A program made the position numbers and the translations under genes. From positions 34,086,663-34,150,662 of the forward strand of contig JBOZIK010000001.1 of the NCBI GenBank assembly GCA_051453625.1: DNA of 64,000 bases, in the 5' to 3' direction. Below are positions 13,701-26,049 of this stretch, piece after piece (within the stretch, counting starts at the first letter, position 1; the number at the start of each line of letters is the position of its first letter). This DNA comes from Welwitschia mirabilis. Its lineage: Eukaryota. Below the pieces are notes generated by a model. That model had not been told where the DNA came from, did no database searches, and saw nothing but the letters and a program-made list of their open reading frames with translations.

Positions 13701-16350
13701 AAATAAGATAAGCTCATGAAGCATTAACCATATTTTTTTAAATAGATGATGTTGTAAAATAGAGTTTTATTCATTTCTCTTTCAACATTTAACTCATCAT
13801 ATAAATCCTTTTTAATAGCATCAAATACTCTAATGGTAAACTTTTTATTTTCTAAGTGATATTTTATCNNNNNNNNNNNNNNNNNNNNNNNNNNNNNNNN
13901 NNNNNNNNNNNNNNNNNNNNNNNNNNNNNNNNNNNNNNNNNNNNNNNNNNNNNNNNNNNNNNNNNNNNNNNNNNNNNNNNNNNTTCTTCTTTAATTTGTA
14001 TCACAAAATCTTTAATTACTCCTAAATATTTATTCATTAGGGTATCTGCTAATTCTAAGATAATTCATATAGTCTTAACTCTACTTTTTAAACCAAGCTA
14101 TTGACAAATGTATAAAGGTATAATATTGACACTAACTCCTATATAGATTAAGGCTTACTTTATTCTCTTATTTTCTTCTAATGTGATAGTAACTATTGTT
14201 GTCTCTGGATCTTTAAACTTTAGACATTTTTATAAAATTAAGTTGATTATAGATTGGGTAATAAAGACTTTACTAGGTATAGTTAGTTTTTATTTCTTCC
14301 TAATTAGATCTTTTCATAACTTAAAATATTTAGGATTCTCTTGCAAAAGTTTTCAAAATGGTAAATTTATACTCACATTTGCATTTAGGCTTTAAGATTT
14401 TCATCAAAAGTAGGATTGATATTTAATCTATTAAGCCAAGGAGTAGTAGGTTTCTTACCTTTATCTTGAGAAGAATCTTTCTTATTATCATTTAAAGGAG
14501 AAGGGAAAGTATGATTTTCTAGCATTTTAATATCCTCTTATTCTTCATCATTATTATTATTTTGAAATGTTAGGACTCATAGATAGTAGGTATTATATCA
14601 TTTCCACTTCTTATTATAATCATATAATCTTTTCTTACTTTATTAGGATTTGGTAAAGGTTTTGTTGCAAGTGACCTTGGGGTTTTTAATTAGAAAGCAT
14701 AGTTTGTTAAAGAACATTAAAAATATTTTCAATGTTTGAATTTGTCTTTTCTTTAGATTTTCTTAACTTATCATTGAGTTTTCTAAGTGGATCATTTTGA
14801 TTTTGTGAGTTTGATATTCCTACTTGAAATTTGAATTGCTTGATTAGAAATTTGAGTTGTTTGTTATTCTCAAATCTATTTCTAAATGGTTGAAAATTTT
14901 AATGATTTGTTTGAAAGTTTGAAATTTGTTTTCAAAGAATTAAAAATTTGGTTGTCCATTTATCTTAGGTTGAAATTGGTTTTGATTTTAATTTGATTTT
15001 GATTTTGTATTCTAAACTCTGTAGACTTTTGATTGAATGCACATACTTCTTCATAAATATTTTCTTTGTAAGTAGGCAAAAAAGGATAATCTTTTTTTAC
15101 ATAGTAGTTGTCTTCACATAATTATAAGTTAAAATGATAACCACACTCTTTTTAGTTGCCACCTTAGCATATAATATTATTTGAGTGTATTTTTCTAATG
15201 TTGACGTTTGTTGGTTCTTTCTCTGTTTTTACTTTCTCATTTTCTTATTTAACTTCTTTAAGGTCTTTTATGATTTAGACTATTATATGATTTTCTTTAG
15301 GTGTTGGTTTAGTCTGAGTTTAACTTACTTCTACAAGTTCTTTTAATAATCTTTATGCATTTTCTAAAGTAATATTCATCAAATTTCTTCAACATGAAAA
15401 TCTATAAATTATTTGGTTTGGCTATTAAGTTCACTATAGAAATAGTCTACTAATTATTTTTGGGTGAATGCATCTATAGGATTAGATTGTATGGTAATGA
15501 AAAATAGTTCATAAGTGGAGGCATAATGTTGTTAAAAATTCATTACTTCTTTCTTTCTTTTTATTATGGTTGTTTNNNNNNNNNNNNNNNNNNNNNNNNN
15601 NNNNNNNNNNNNNNNNNNNNNNNNNNNNNNNNNNNNNNNNNNNNNNNNNNNNNNNNNNNNNNNNNNNNNNNNNNNACTATAGAAATAGTCTACTAATTAT
15701 TTTTGGGTAAATGCATCTATAGGATTAGATTGTATGGTAATGAAAAATCGTTCATAAGTGGAGGCATAATGTTGTTAAAAATTCATTACTTATTTCTTTC
15801 TTTTTCTTATGGTTGTTTTACTCATAGATCTTTTTATAAATGCATCATGAACTTGGTTTTATGTTTTTAAACTTTTATGTGAAATANNNNNNNNNNNNNN
15901 NNNNNNNNNNNNNNNNNNNNNNNNNNNNNNNNNNNNNNNNNNNNNNNNNNNNNNNNNNNNNNNNNNNNNNNNNNNNNNNNNNNNNNTGGTTGTTTTACTC
16001 ATAGATCTTTTTATAAATGCATCATGAACTTGGTTTTATGTTTTTAAACTTTTATGTGAAATAGCTTTTAACCATAATGGGAAAAATAATCATATACATC
16101 TGATCACTAATTTATTTTTTACCATTTTTGAAAGTAAGCACTAATTATTCAATGTCAGCTATATGTTAGAAGGGATCTTCATTTTCTCTCCATCAAAAAT
16201 AGGATAAGCATGTAAATTTATTAACTCGACATTATCATCAAAAAGTAGGTCAAAAGGGTTTTGGATTTCACATTTGGTATTTGCAATAAGTTCTTTAAGG
16301 GTGACATTAGCATTTAGATTTACAAAGCTAGTGGAGGTTTTATGTGAAGT
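10720..16350 (-). pseudogene. Element B gag-pol remnant (gag, PR, RT, RNase H, integrase)
   Basis: RT YxDD-type motif (IFIDDF) in ORF 12682-13026. Colinear homology with the D gag-pol region on the opposite strand. Numerous stops. Confidence 0.85.
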
Positions 16351-17011
16351 AACTTGTTTTTATTTTTATGAAAAAATTCAACATTGTAATAAAATAATTT
16401 TTTTAAACTATATTTAGAAAAATTTTCTTTTAAAAAATCAGATTCAGAATACTAAATGTAAAAAAAATATTCTTATTCAACTCTTGAAATATTTTAGATA
16501 CCTAGGATGTGTGTACCTAGGTTAAATTTATCATTAATCAGATCTTCTTAAATATTTTCTTTGATCAACAGCCACTCTAACTGATATTTTGCATTTTTAT
16601 CAGAATTTATTATGTCCTAGCATGCTCAGTTTTATTCTGAAAGCATCATTTCTATGGTCATTCAAATGATGTACTTGGATGAAAATAGACATAAAAAATT
16701 TAAAAATGAAAAACATTAAAAATAAAATTTTGAAATAACATAGAATAAAAACAAATGATTATTAAAATGAGAAGAGAATCCCAGTTCTCAATAAAAATAA
16801 AAACCCTAAGTCTCATAGGCCATTGTCATCATGCATCATCTAGATGATAAGGGGGATAACAAGGTATTTATTTTGGAATGCTAAATAAAAAATGTAGAAA
16901 GAAATACCCACATTTCTACTATAGGAATATAATGCTATTATAGAGAAATACCTAAACCAAAATACAAAGCACTTAGCTAAGTAATGACAATTCTCAAAAT
17001 CTAAGAAGACT

Positions 17012-17029
17012 TTCTTACTAATGGCACCA
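17012..17029 (-). promoter_or_regulatory. Primer-binding site of element B (tRNA-Asp type)
   Basis: ttcttactaatggcacca vs tccccggcaacggcgcca, followed by aaa and the LTR terminus tgttg at 17033. Confidence 0.75.
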
Positions 17030-17032
17030 AAA

Positions 17033-18220
17033 TGTTGTGCAAATGTTATGTCCTCAAATAGATCCCGTAGATCATAAATATATATAGATTTTACATAACA
17101 CAATACACTAATATAGATAGAAGTAACCCAAATGTTATAATCCCATCAAAGGCATAGATGAGAAGAAATAAGATTTATTTTGAAAATAAAACACTATGTA
17201 ACCTTAAAGTAGAATAAACTAACAATAAAAAATAACAATGTAAATAAATACATTATGTAAATGAAATGCAAGTCCTAATCTAAATTCAATTTCTATCTGA
17301 TTAGCAAATCAACCTATCATGGAGATTAATCCTATATAACCTAGATCAATCAATGAACATTGTTACTAGACCAAAACCAACCTAAGCTATTAGATACATT
17401 AAACAAAATATAAAAACAATGTAAGTTAATTTAGGAATAAAATGTAATACACCTAAACTAATAATATCAACCTTAATAAAGATTGCCCTTGAGATTTATA
17501 TCATCAAATAAGCTCTCATGAAATTAGAGAAATAGGGTTTTGATTAAAAGTGAACCAACATTTGTGTTATAAAGTAGCAGCAACTTAATGAAGGATATAG
17601 TCCAACACCAAGGAAGATGTCTCTCTATAATAATAATAAATAAATCTCTTACTTTGATCTCCTTTCATAAGAATTTTTGATGTCAAAGAAGATCAAAATA
17701 GAATTAAGGGTGGAGGAGGTATTTATTATGAAATGGACTCTAAAATCAAAAAATATAAAGAGATGCACTAGTAACTCTAATAACTGCATAAGAATATACA
17801 AGTCACATGGCCAAAATTTGGTGAAGTTTGGTGAAGCATTTATTTTAGGTATCATATTTCTTGTCATCTAGATGTCACAGGAGATGATGCCACATCATAT
17901 AAGTTTTACATCAACTACNNNNNNNNNNTCTAGTAATCATCCTCCTTAGCTTAAGTATTTCTATCATTTGTACAGTCATTTGGATGATTAGGTGGACAAA
18001 GGAATTTTTTTAACTATTTCTTATGTTGCATTAGTCTCATTATTTACAGTATTATTGCCTCAAATAGGAAGTATTGTAAATTGATTTAAATGCTATAAAA
18101 TGTAATGAATATTGCCTGTTTTTGTGACATTTATCTTATCTCTCTATTATCATTGAAACTTAGCATAAACCTGTCTAATTGTTTACAACTCAAAATACAC
18201 TATTAAATACATAGGCAACA
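17033..18220 (-). repeat. 5' LTR of element B
   Basis: tgttg...caaca termini. Homologous to the A LTR and to the reverse complement of the D LTRs. Confidence 0.8.
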
Positions 18221-19749
18221 CCCCCTAATTAAAGTTAACTTGATCCTTAAATTTTGGAAAAATATAAAAACTATTGAAAATTTTGAAAATAATTTGATAC
18301 TATATTAGAATAGATATGCTTCATTATATGTCATTTTATTACAAATGAAAAAAATTTAAAGTAATGAAACTAAGCTATAATACAAGGAAAAACCTAATTA
18401 ATAGATTGTTAATTAGAAAATGATGATGTAAATGAAACTCAAACATTAAACCTATGAATAAAAGAGATAAATTACCTAATCTAATTTGTGTATTTTATTA
18501 TGATTTTATAATTTTAATTTTCTTTAATTGATCTCAATGTTAAACAATAAAAGTATCAACTAATTTAACTCATAAAATTTTAATAGTAGTAAGCAAATGT
18601 TACATACAATTGTTAAAGAAAGTAAAACATAGAATGTTTCCAATTTCCATCTTAATTTTCATTATATTTTTCCTTATACAATATAAGTATCTTTGTTTTA
18701 AACATCTAATCTTATTGAGCACCTAGGATAATGAAATCTTTTTTCCAATATAATTAAGCATGTTGTCCTTGAAGAAATTAGTGTTATATGTCTAGTGAGC
18801 ATCTTTAGTCTTGATGTAGTTACACATGTCATAAGTATAACATTAAAGTGCATTACTAATAAGTGTTCATAGCCCCATTATAGTTAACTAAACCTAATAA
18901 ATTGATCAAAGATGCAAACATGCTTTTGGAATAGACATATTATTTTTCTTTTTATTCTCCTTTTTATGTACACTTTTTTATGCACATGGGAGGAGTCATT
19001 AGCTAATTATCTTAGTTAAAAAAAAATTATTCCCATAAATGATAAAATCAAAGAGTATAGCATGAGTAAATTTCATCTTTTCATTTATTTTTCTTTTTAT
19101 AAATCAAGGATGTCAAGTGAATGAAAACTTTAATAACATGCTCTTAAATAAGCATAACTTTCTCTTAAAAATCATTAATGCAATTAACCTCAATTAATAC
19201 TTAAAATAACATAAAGATTACTTATTATTAGTTTAATTTTTGAAGGTCATCAATAATGATGATTAAGTCTTAAAAACTCATAAGTAAATGAGAGAGATGG
19301 ATGATCAATAAGTCTTATGAAATAAAGTCATGATGAAAGAGCTAGTTAGTAATCTTTAAGATGATGAGAGATTATTCTATGATATGAGTAAAGTTTTGAA
19401 ATACCTAGGTGAAATAATTATACAAAATGGTAATGCTTGCATGGTTTCATGAGAAATACACCACTAAATAACATTAGTTTCATTGTGAATGAACTTACCT
19501 ATCCTAAATCTAATCTAAAACAAAAATCTAGTATAAACTATACAATGAAACTAAGTTTTTTAAACAAAAGAATTTATAAAGTGATTCATGTATGACAACA
19601 TGTGAAAGAAAATCTTGGATGATGGGTTATAATCATGTCAAAAATTCTAAATTAGGAGAGACCCCATGCAAATTTTAATACATGAGTCAACAAAATTAGA
19701 AGGAAAATTAATATAAGTAGTGAAAAGAATGCATCCAAAGTCTAAAAGT

Positions 19750-20700
19750 CTTCTTCCCTTAAGTTGCTTATGCTTTTTCAATAAATAATTGTTCATTCTC
19801 AAATGATTACTTATCCTCTAATTCCTTGTTCATTTCTTTTTCATTCTTAAAGGGTGTGATTTAGATATCATTGATTGGACTATCCTTAATCCTTTCAAGG
19901 ATTTTAATGCTTCTATGATTAGGTTCATGAAACATAGGAAGTTCTTTCTCTTCCTATTTATCAAGTATACTAAAAATATTAGTAATTATTTAGTTTAATT
20001 ATTGTAAATTTTACTCAAGCATTTGGTATGTTTGCATTGAATTTCAAGAATCTTGTAAGGATTTCCTCTAAGGGATTTAAAGAGAGTTATTACATTTTAA
20101 GAGATAAAGGATATTAGTCAAAGAATAAAGAATATGAAAAATAATATGAAGGGTATTCATGAAAAAATAAAGGGTAATGATTAGATAATAAAGAGTATTA
20201 ACTAGATGATGAAAAATATGGATCATAAAGGATGGTGGAAAACATAGGATCACACTCTTTTTATTGACAATAAGGATTTTCAAACTGAGGGTCATCAAGA
20301 GATTGATTTATGTATGAATAAAGTTTTATATGTTGAAGATAATCCATTTATGATATATCTAGTGTCAAAAGAATTTTGAGTTTAGAATGATATGTGTTAT
20401 CATGGAGGAAGGATAAAAGAAAAAAATTTAATTTTTTAATGGATATTAGACTTCATGCTAGATTTAAAATGGGTTTAATAAAATAATTTTATACTCAAAG
20501 AAAAATTAAAAATGATTGGGACCTATATGGAGCCTAAAATATATATAAATGAATTATGATGGTTGGTTTTAAAGGTTTTCAATCCTAAAAAAATTTTATC
20601 AAAGGTAAGACAAGCATCTTAGTAAGTTTTTATATGGATTAGTTCAAAAAGAACAGTGAACCAATGAGTTCTACTAGTGGCACTAATTGTTTTTCTTAAA
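19750..20700 (-). pseudogene. Remnant of an Athila-type accessory ('env-like'/extra) ORF in element E
   Basis: Broken frames read ..CFPPSFMIH..., ..LTNILYL.., ..RKRKNFLCFMNLIIEAL... These resemble the extra ORF of Athila-clade elements, recognised by eye only. Confidence 0.4.
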
Positions 20701-22890
20701 ACACTTCGAAAAAGGAATAATGTTATGTTCTCAACTATGTAAATTGATTTTTATTATTAGAAGTGAAAAATAATTAACAAAAAACAAAATGATAGAATGA
20801 AATGAAATGGAACCTACAAAAAACCCTAGAAAAAGGGGCTTATNNNNNNNNNNNNNNNNNNNNNNNNNNNNNNNNNNNNNNNNNNNNNNNNNNNNNNNNN
20901 NNNNNNNNNNNNNNNNNNNNNNNNNNNNNNNNNNNNNNNNNNNCGTAAATTGATTTTTATTATTAGTAGTGAAAAACAATTAACAAAAAACATAATGATA
21001 GAATGAAATGAAAGGGAACCTACAAAAAACCCTAGAAAAAGGGGCTTATAGAAACTAAAATAAAATTAGAAATTTAATCTAGAAAACATAATACTAAAAA
21101 TAAAAGATGCAATATAATAAAAGATGCAGAAAAGAAGGGGATTATAGATGGGAGAGGGAAGGTGGGGGAAGGAAAGAGGTTTTTCTCTATTCTCATTATT
21201 CACTGATTTCTTTAATTCCTTGATCCTCATTGCTTTATCCTTCATTTAAGAGAAATCATGTCATAAAACCCACAAAAAATAGTTAATAATGTAATCACAA
21301 AGATTACTATAATAATATATCTCTTAGGTTAAGATTAAAAATCTTGATGAAAACTTAAAAGAGTTGGACTAGTTTGGGTATCACTAGGAATGGAATAGTA
21401 CTAGCCATTAGGGAGTACAAAAATTAAAGAAATGCAAAATGAACGAAAAGCTATGCATGTCCACTATAAAGATACCATGTCATTATCCCTAGCATTGGCA
21501 TAAAAAAAGATAATCAAAGCCTACTTTTGTAATAAAAACAAGTGCCTTCATTGTAAAAGGGTCTAAGTACTATTCTCTTCTTAGGGATAATTATGAAAGA
21601 AATACACTAAAATGATGCATATTTCTAAACTAGAATAAAGATTAAAATAATTTCAAAAGCAAGAATAAATTTAACGAGTATAAAATGGACTTAGCACTCA
21701 AATTCAATAAATTAAAAATATCTCAACAAATAAAGATATTTGTTTAAATTTATAATATAATCTCTTTATTAAATCTTAAAAATGCCAAGTTTATTGTGAC
21801 TAGGATTATGGTGACATTATCTCATTTACCACATAAGTGGTAGTAAAATTCCTTTTTCACTTTGGCCTTTCACAACCTGATCATAAGCCTGATAAGTAAG
21901 ATATAACTCCTAAGAATCATCAAATGATTATATGTTGTGAAATTAAAACATGAACAAAAAAAGATTCGCTTAGGAATATAAATAACTTATCTTAAACATG
22001 TAGCTTCAACTCAAGCATTAAAGGTATGAAATAAATCACACATAAAATCAAGAAATGAAAACTACTTTCTTATTAATAGAAAAAGAAATTATAGTACATC
22101 AAAGAAAAAGCTCTTAAAANNNNNNNNNNNNNNNNNNNNNNNNNNNNNNNNNNNNNNNNNNNNNNNNNNNNNNNNNNNNNNNNNNNNNNNNNNNNNNNNN
22201 NNNNNNNNNNNNNNNNNNNAGGATTATGATGACATTATCTCATTTACCACATAAGTGGTAGTAAAATTTCTTTATCACTTTGGCCTTTCACAACCTAATC
22301 ATAAGCCTGATAAGTAATATATAACTCCTAAGAATCATCAAATTATTATAGGTTGTGAAATTAAAACATGAACAAAGAAGATTCGCTTAGGAGTATAAAT
22401 AACTTATCATAAACATGTACCTTCAACTTAAGCATTAAAGCTATGAAATAAATCACACATAAAATCAAGAAATAAAAACTACTTTCTTATTAATAGAAAA
22501 AGGAATTATAGTACATCAAAGAAAAAGCTCTTAAAATTTATATAAAAACATCAAACTAGCCTTGAAGCTATTCCATTCTTGATGGAGGGAATATAAAATA
22601 ACATAATGAAAATGTTCTTACTCCAAAGTTAAATGCTCTTATTGGCTAGAGATTTAGTTTTACAATTCAGACACTTAGCCCTTTTACAGATGAAATTAGG
22701 GTTAGAGATTCAAAACATGAGGCTTTTCTANNNNNNNNNNNNNNNNNNNNNNNNNNNNNNTTATGGTAATAACACTAGCTAATTTTTCTTTAGTAACTAA
22801 CTAGGCTCACAATTAGTATTTAAATTTTTGTTTATGATGAATTTAAGACATGATTTTGAAAGGCATTCTCCAAAAGTAACTAGTGCTTCT

Positions 22891-25071
22891 TGATAATACT
22901 CAATATTTGATATTTTATTAAGGAATTAAGGCCTTATTAGCAAGTTTAACGAATTAACATGGTGGTTTTATGTATTTCTTTTAGTTAATGCCATGAAAAT
23001 ATTGTTTTACTAATAGCATGCCTAAAAACTATTTTTAGGATAAATATAACATTAGGAGCATTATGGTAGGAAATGGAGTTGTGCTGAGTATAATTAGCAA
23101 TGGCACCTATTCTAGACGTGATAGTGTGATTTTTTTAGAATAAAATAGTACCATTCATACATTTTTTAGTTTTCTTAATGCAAGTAATTCATTCCCATAA
23201 TTTCTGAAAACATAAAATGAATAAGAAATATTTTGTAAGAAGAACCCCTTAATTTGGTTCCATNNNNNNNNNNNNNNNNNNNNNNNNNNNNNNNNNNNNN
23301 NNNNNNNNNNNNNNNNNNNNNNNNNNNNNNNNNNNNNNNNNNNNNNNNNNNNNNNNNNNNNNNACTATCATTTTTAGGATAAATATAACATTAGGAGCAT
23401 CATGATAGGAAATGGAGTTGTGCTGAGTATAATTAGTAGTGGCACCTATCCTAGATGTGATAGTGTGATTTTTTTAGAATAAAATATTACCATTCATACA
23501 TTTTTTAGTTTTCTTAATACAAGTAATACATTCCCATCATTTCTGAAAACATAAAATGAATAAGAAATATTTTCTAAGAACAACCCCTTAATTTGGTTCC
23601 ATGATGAAGTAATTATTTTATATACTTTGGGCATTCTTTAGAATAATTTCATTAANNNNNNNNNNNNNNNNNNNNNNNNNNNNNNNNNNNNNNNNNNNNN
23701 NNNNNNNNNNNNNNNNNNNNNNNNNNNNNNNNNNNNNNNNNNNNNNNNNNNNNNNNNNNNNNNNNNNNNNNNNNNNNNNNNNNNNNNNNNNNNNNNNNNN
23801 NNNNNNNNNNNNNNNNNNNNNNNNNNNNNNNNNNNNNNNNNNNNNNNNNNNNNNNNNNNNNNNNNNNNNNNNNNNNNNNNNNNNNNNNNNNNNNNNNNNN
23901 NNNNNNNNNNNNNNNNNNNNNNNNNNNNNNNNNNNNNNNNNNNNNNNNNNNNNNNNNNNNNNNNNNNNNNNNNNNNNNNNNNNNNNNNNNNNNNNNNNNN
24001 NNNNNNNNNNNNNNNNNNNNNNNNNNNNNNNNNNNNNNNNNNNNNNNNNNNNNNNNNNNNNNNNNNNNNNNNNNNNNNNNNNNNNNNNNNNNNNNNNNNN
24101 NNNNNNNNNNNNNNNNNNNNNNNNNNNNNNNNNNNNNNNNNNNNNNNNNNNNNNNNNNNNNNNNNNNNNNNNNNNNNNNNNNNNNNNNNNNNNNNNNTTA
24201 AGCCTTAATAACCCTAATTAGAAGCCCTAATTTAATCCTATAAATGTCCTCTCTCAATTCATTTGAGGGGAGTAACTGTCATTATGATATTTCAAGAAGA
24301 TTAAAGATTTAATCATGAGTTCTTTATAAGCCTCCCATAGGGATGGACTAGCAACTAATCTAGCATGATGCTTCTTGTTTTACCATGAGTACATTTTTAT
24401 ATTCTATGCTTTACGTATTATAAAATAAATTACTAAATGTTCTTAGTAAATTACTTTAATATTAAGTTGTGAATGTGATAATTGCTATACTATAATTAGC
24501 TAAGTTATATTTTTACTTTAAGATCTAATTTTGTGATTTTTCTTTATAATCTATCTTGAATAAGTCAAATGTTTATTTTATGGATCTTGGAAGATTCATA
24601 TTTTTCATGCTTATTTCATTCTTATTATGAAGGCTAAGTGACTTGATTATATCACCCTCATATCTATGATGAATGAGATTATGTCGTTATACTTAAGCTT
24701 GGACTAATGAAATGTTCATATGGTCATAGTGGATTATATCATTATGAATGAGTTGGAAGTAAAGTTACATGTTTCTATTTTAAGTCTTAACACTTTTCTA
24801 TGAAGTTGTTTTGTTATTTTGAAAGCTATGTCATATTCTTAGATATCTAACATCATTTCACTCTTTATTAGTTTCTACTTTGGTGCTTATTTTACTAATA
24901 TCTTTTGTCATCTATCTTTAGAAAAGAATGATACTTATATTATAAATAAGAGTCCTAGTGTTTTTGGTAAACATTGGACTTGGCCATATAGGATTTGCAT
25001 TCCTAGGATGATCTTATGAATTATCATATACTTATGATAAATACAAGTAGAGTTAAATTTCACCATGAACA
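22891..25071 (+). repeat. 5' LTR of element C (inflated by gaps and gap-flank duplicates)
   Basis: Starts tgataatact and ends caccatgaaca. Colinear with 44779-46074 throughout. Confidence 0.85.
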
Positions 25072-25077
25072 TCTTGT

Positions 25078-25095
25078 TGACATCATTGTCAAGGG
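25078..25095 (+). promoter_or_regulatory. Primer-binding site of element C (tRNA-Asp type)
   Basis: tgacatcattgtcaaggg vs tggcgccgttgccgggga. The 7 differences in the first 17 nt are all G>A or C>T. Confidence 0.7.
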
Positions 25096-26049
25096 AAGTC
25101 GCATAGTAGCTATAGGAAGAATACACAGAATTTACTTTTTTGTATCCTTTTTAGCTTGTTTCCCCATTATTTTTTAGTTTTTATTTTTCTTTTTATTTTT
25201 TATTAGTCTCTTTCTAGTACCTTTTTCTTTTTTCTTTTTATAACCAATGGATTGGTGTTGATCATTTAATTAATAAAACCTGATTTGATATCCTTTTTTT
25301 CCTTCTTTTTATTTTGTCCCCTTTTTTCTTTTAGTTTTTTTATTCTTTTCATTTCTTTTCTTCTAAAATATTATCTAAATAGTATATCAAATTTTTTTTA
25401 TAAGGGCTAATCTTTTATAGGTTTTGGAAAAAAGACTTCAAGAAAACAAAGAAAACAATTCATTTTTTAATCCATCTTCTCTCTCTAGCATTTTTTATCT
25501 TCTCTTTTATTTTCTCTATCTCACATGACTTTCTTAGTAGGTACTTGAAGATCATTTTAAAAAAAGGATATCATCATGAAATTACAGAGAAGTATGTTAG
25601 TGCATGAAATTTTTATTTTTACGATTTTTATTTCTTACATTGTATTACATTGTATTTCCATCTTTGCATTAGTTCATCTTTGAATCCTTATTTAGTATTT
25701 TAATATTAGTCAAAAAAAGCAACCTAATATCTCATATTATCATTGAAACCTTGACTATTATTTTTACAAAATCAATTTTATGCCATGTTATTGATGTTAC
25801 CATATTCTCTTTCTAGTGAAATGGGCTTCTTATTTTAAACTATCTTTATCTTTGATAAAATTCACTTTTACAACATCTTGAAACTTTTCATATATTGTGT
25901 GCTTTTAAAACGTAATATTTCTTAACTGTTTTCTCATACTTTATGAACTGAGAATGAATCTTTAATGATAGATTACATGAAATTTCTTTCAAATCCAATA
26001 TCGATAGAAATCCTAGAGGCCAAGCACAAGAGAGGCATTAACAAAACCA

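Larger units (their letters stand above)
7528..18220 (-). mobile_element. Element B: degenerate Athila-like Ty3/gypsy element, same family as A and D, interrupted by A in its 3' non-coding region
   Basis: Order is LTR 17033-18220, PBS 17012-17029, gag ~14250-16350, protease ~13860-14230, RT ~12500-13250 (MMGIFSNMLEDLIEIFIDDFSIY), RNase H ~12050-12420, integrase ~10720-11950. The 3' non-coding region 7528-10700 is the reverse-complement homolog of D 38700-40700 (e.g. 9711-9763 vs 38740-38793; 7841-7890 vs 40501-40550). Confidence 0.88.

Noticed and set aside
24190..24240. accctaa motifs (also ~45215-45240) as interstitial telomere
   Set aside because: Only two or three isolated copies, at the same position in both LTRs of C, next to the LTR TATA region.
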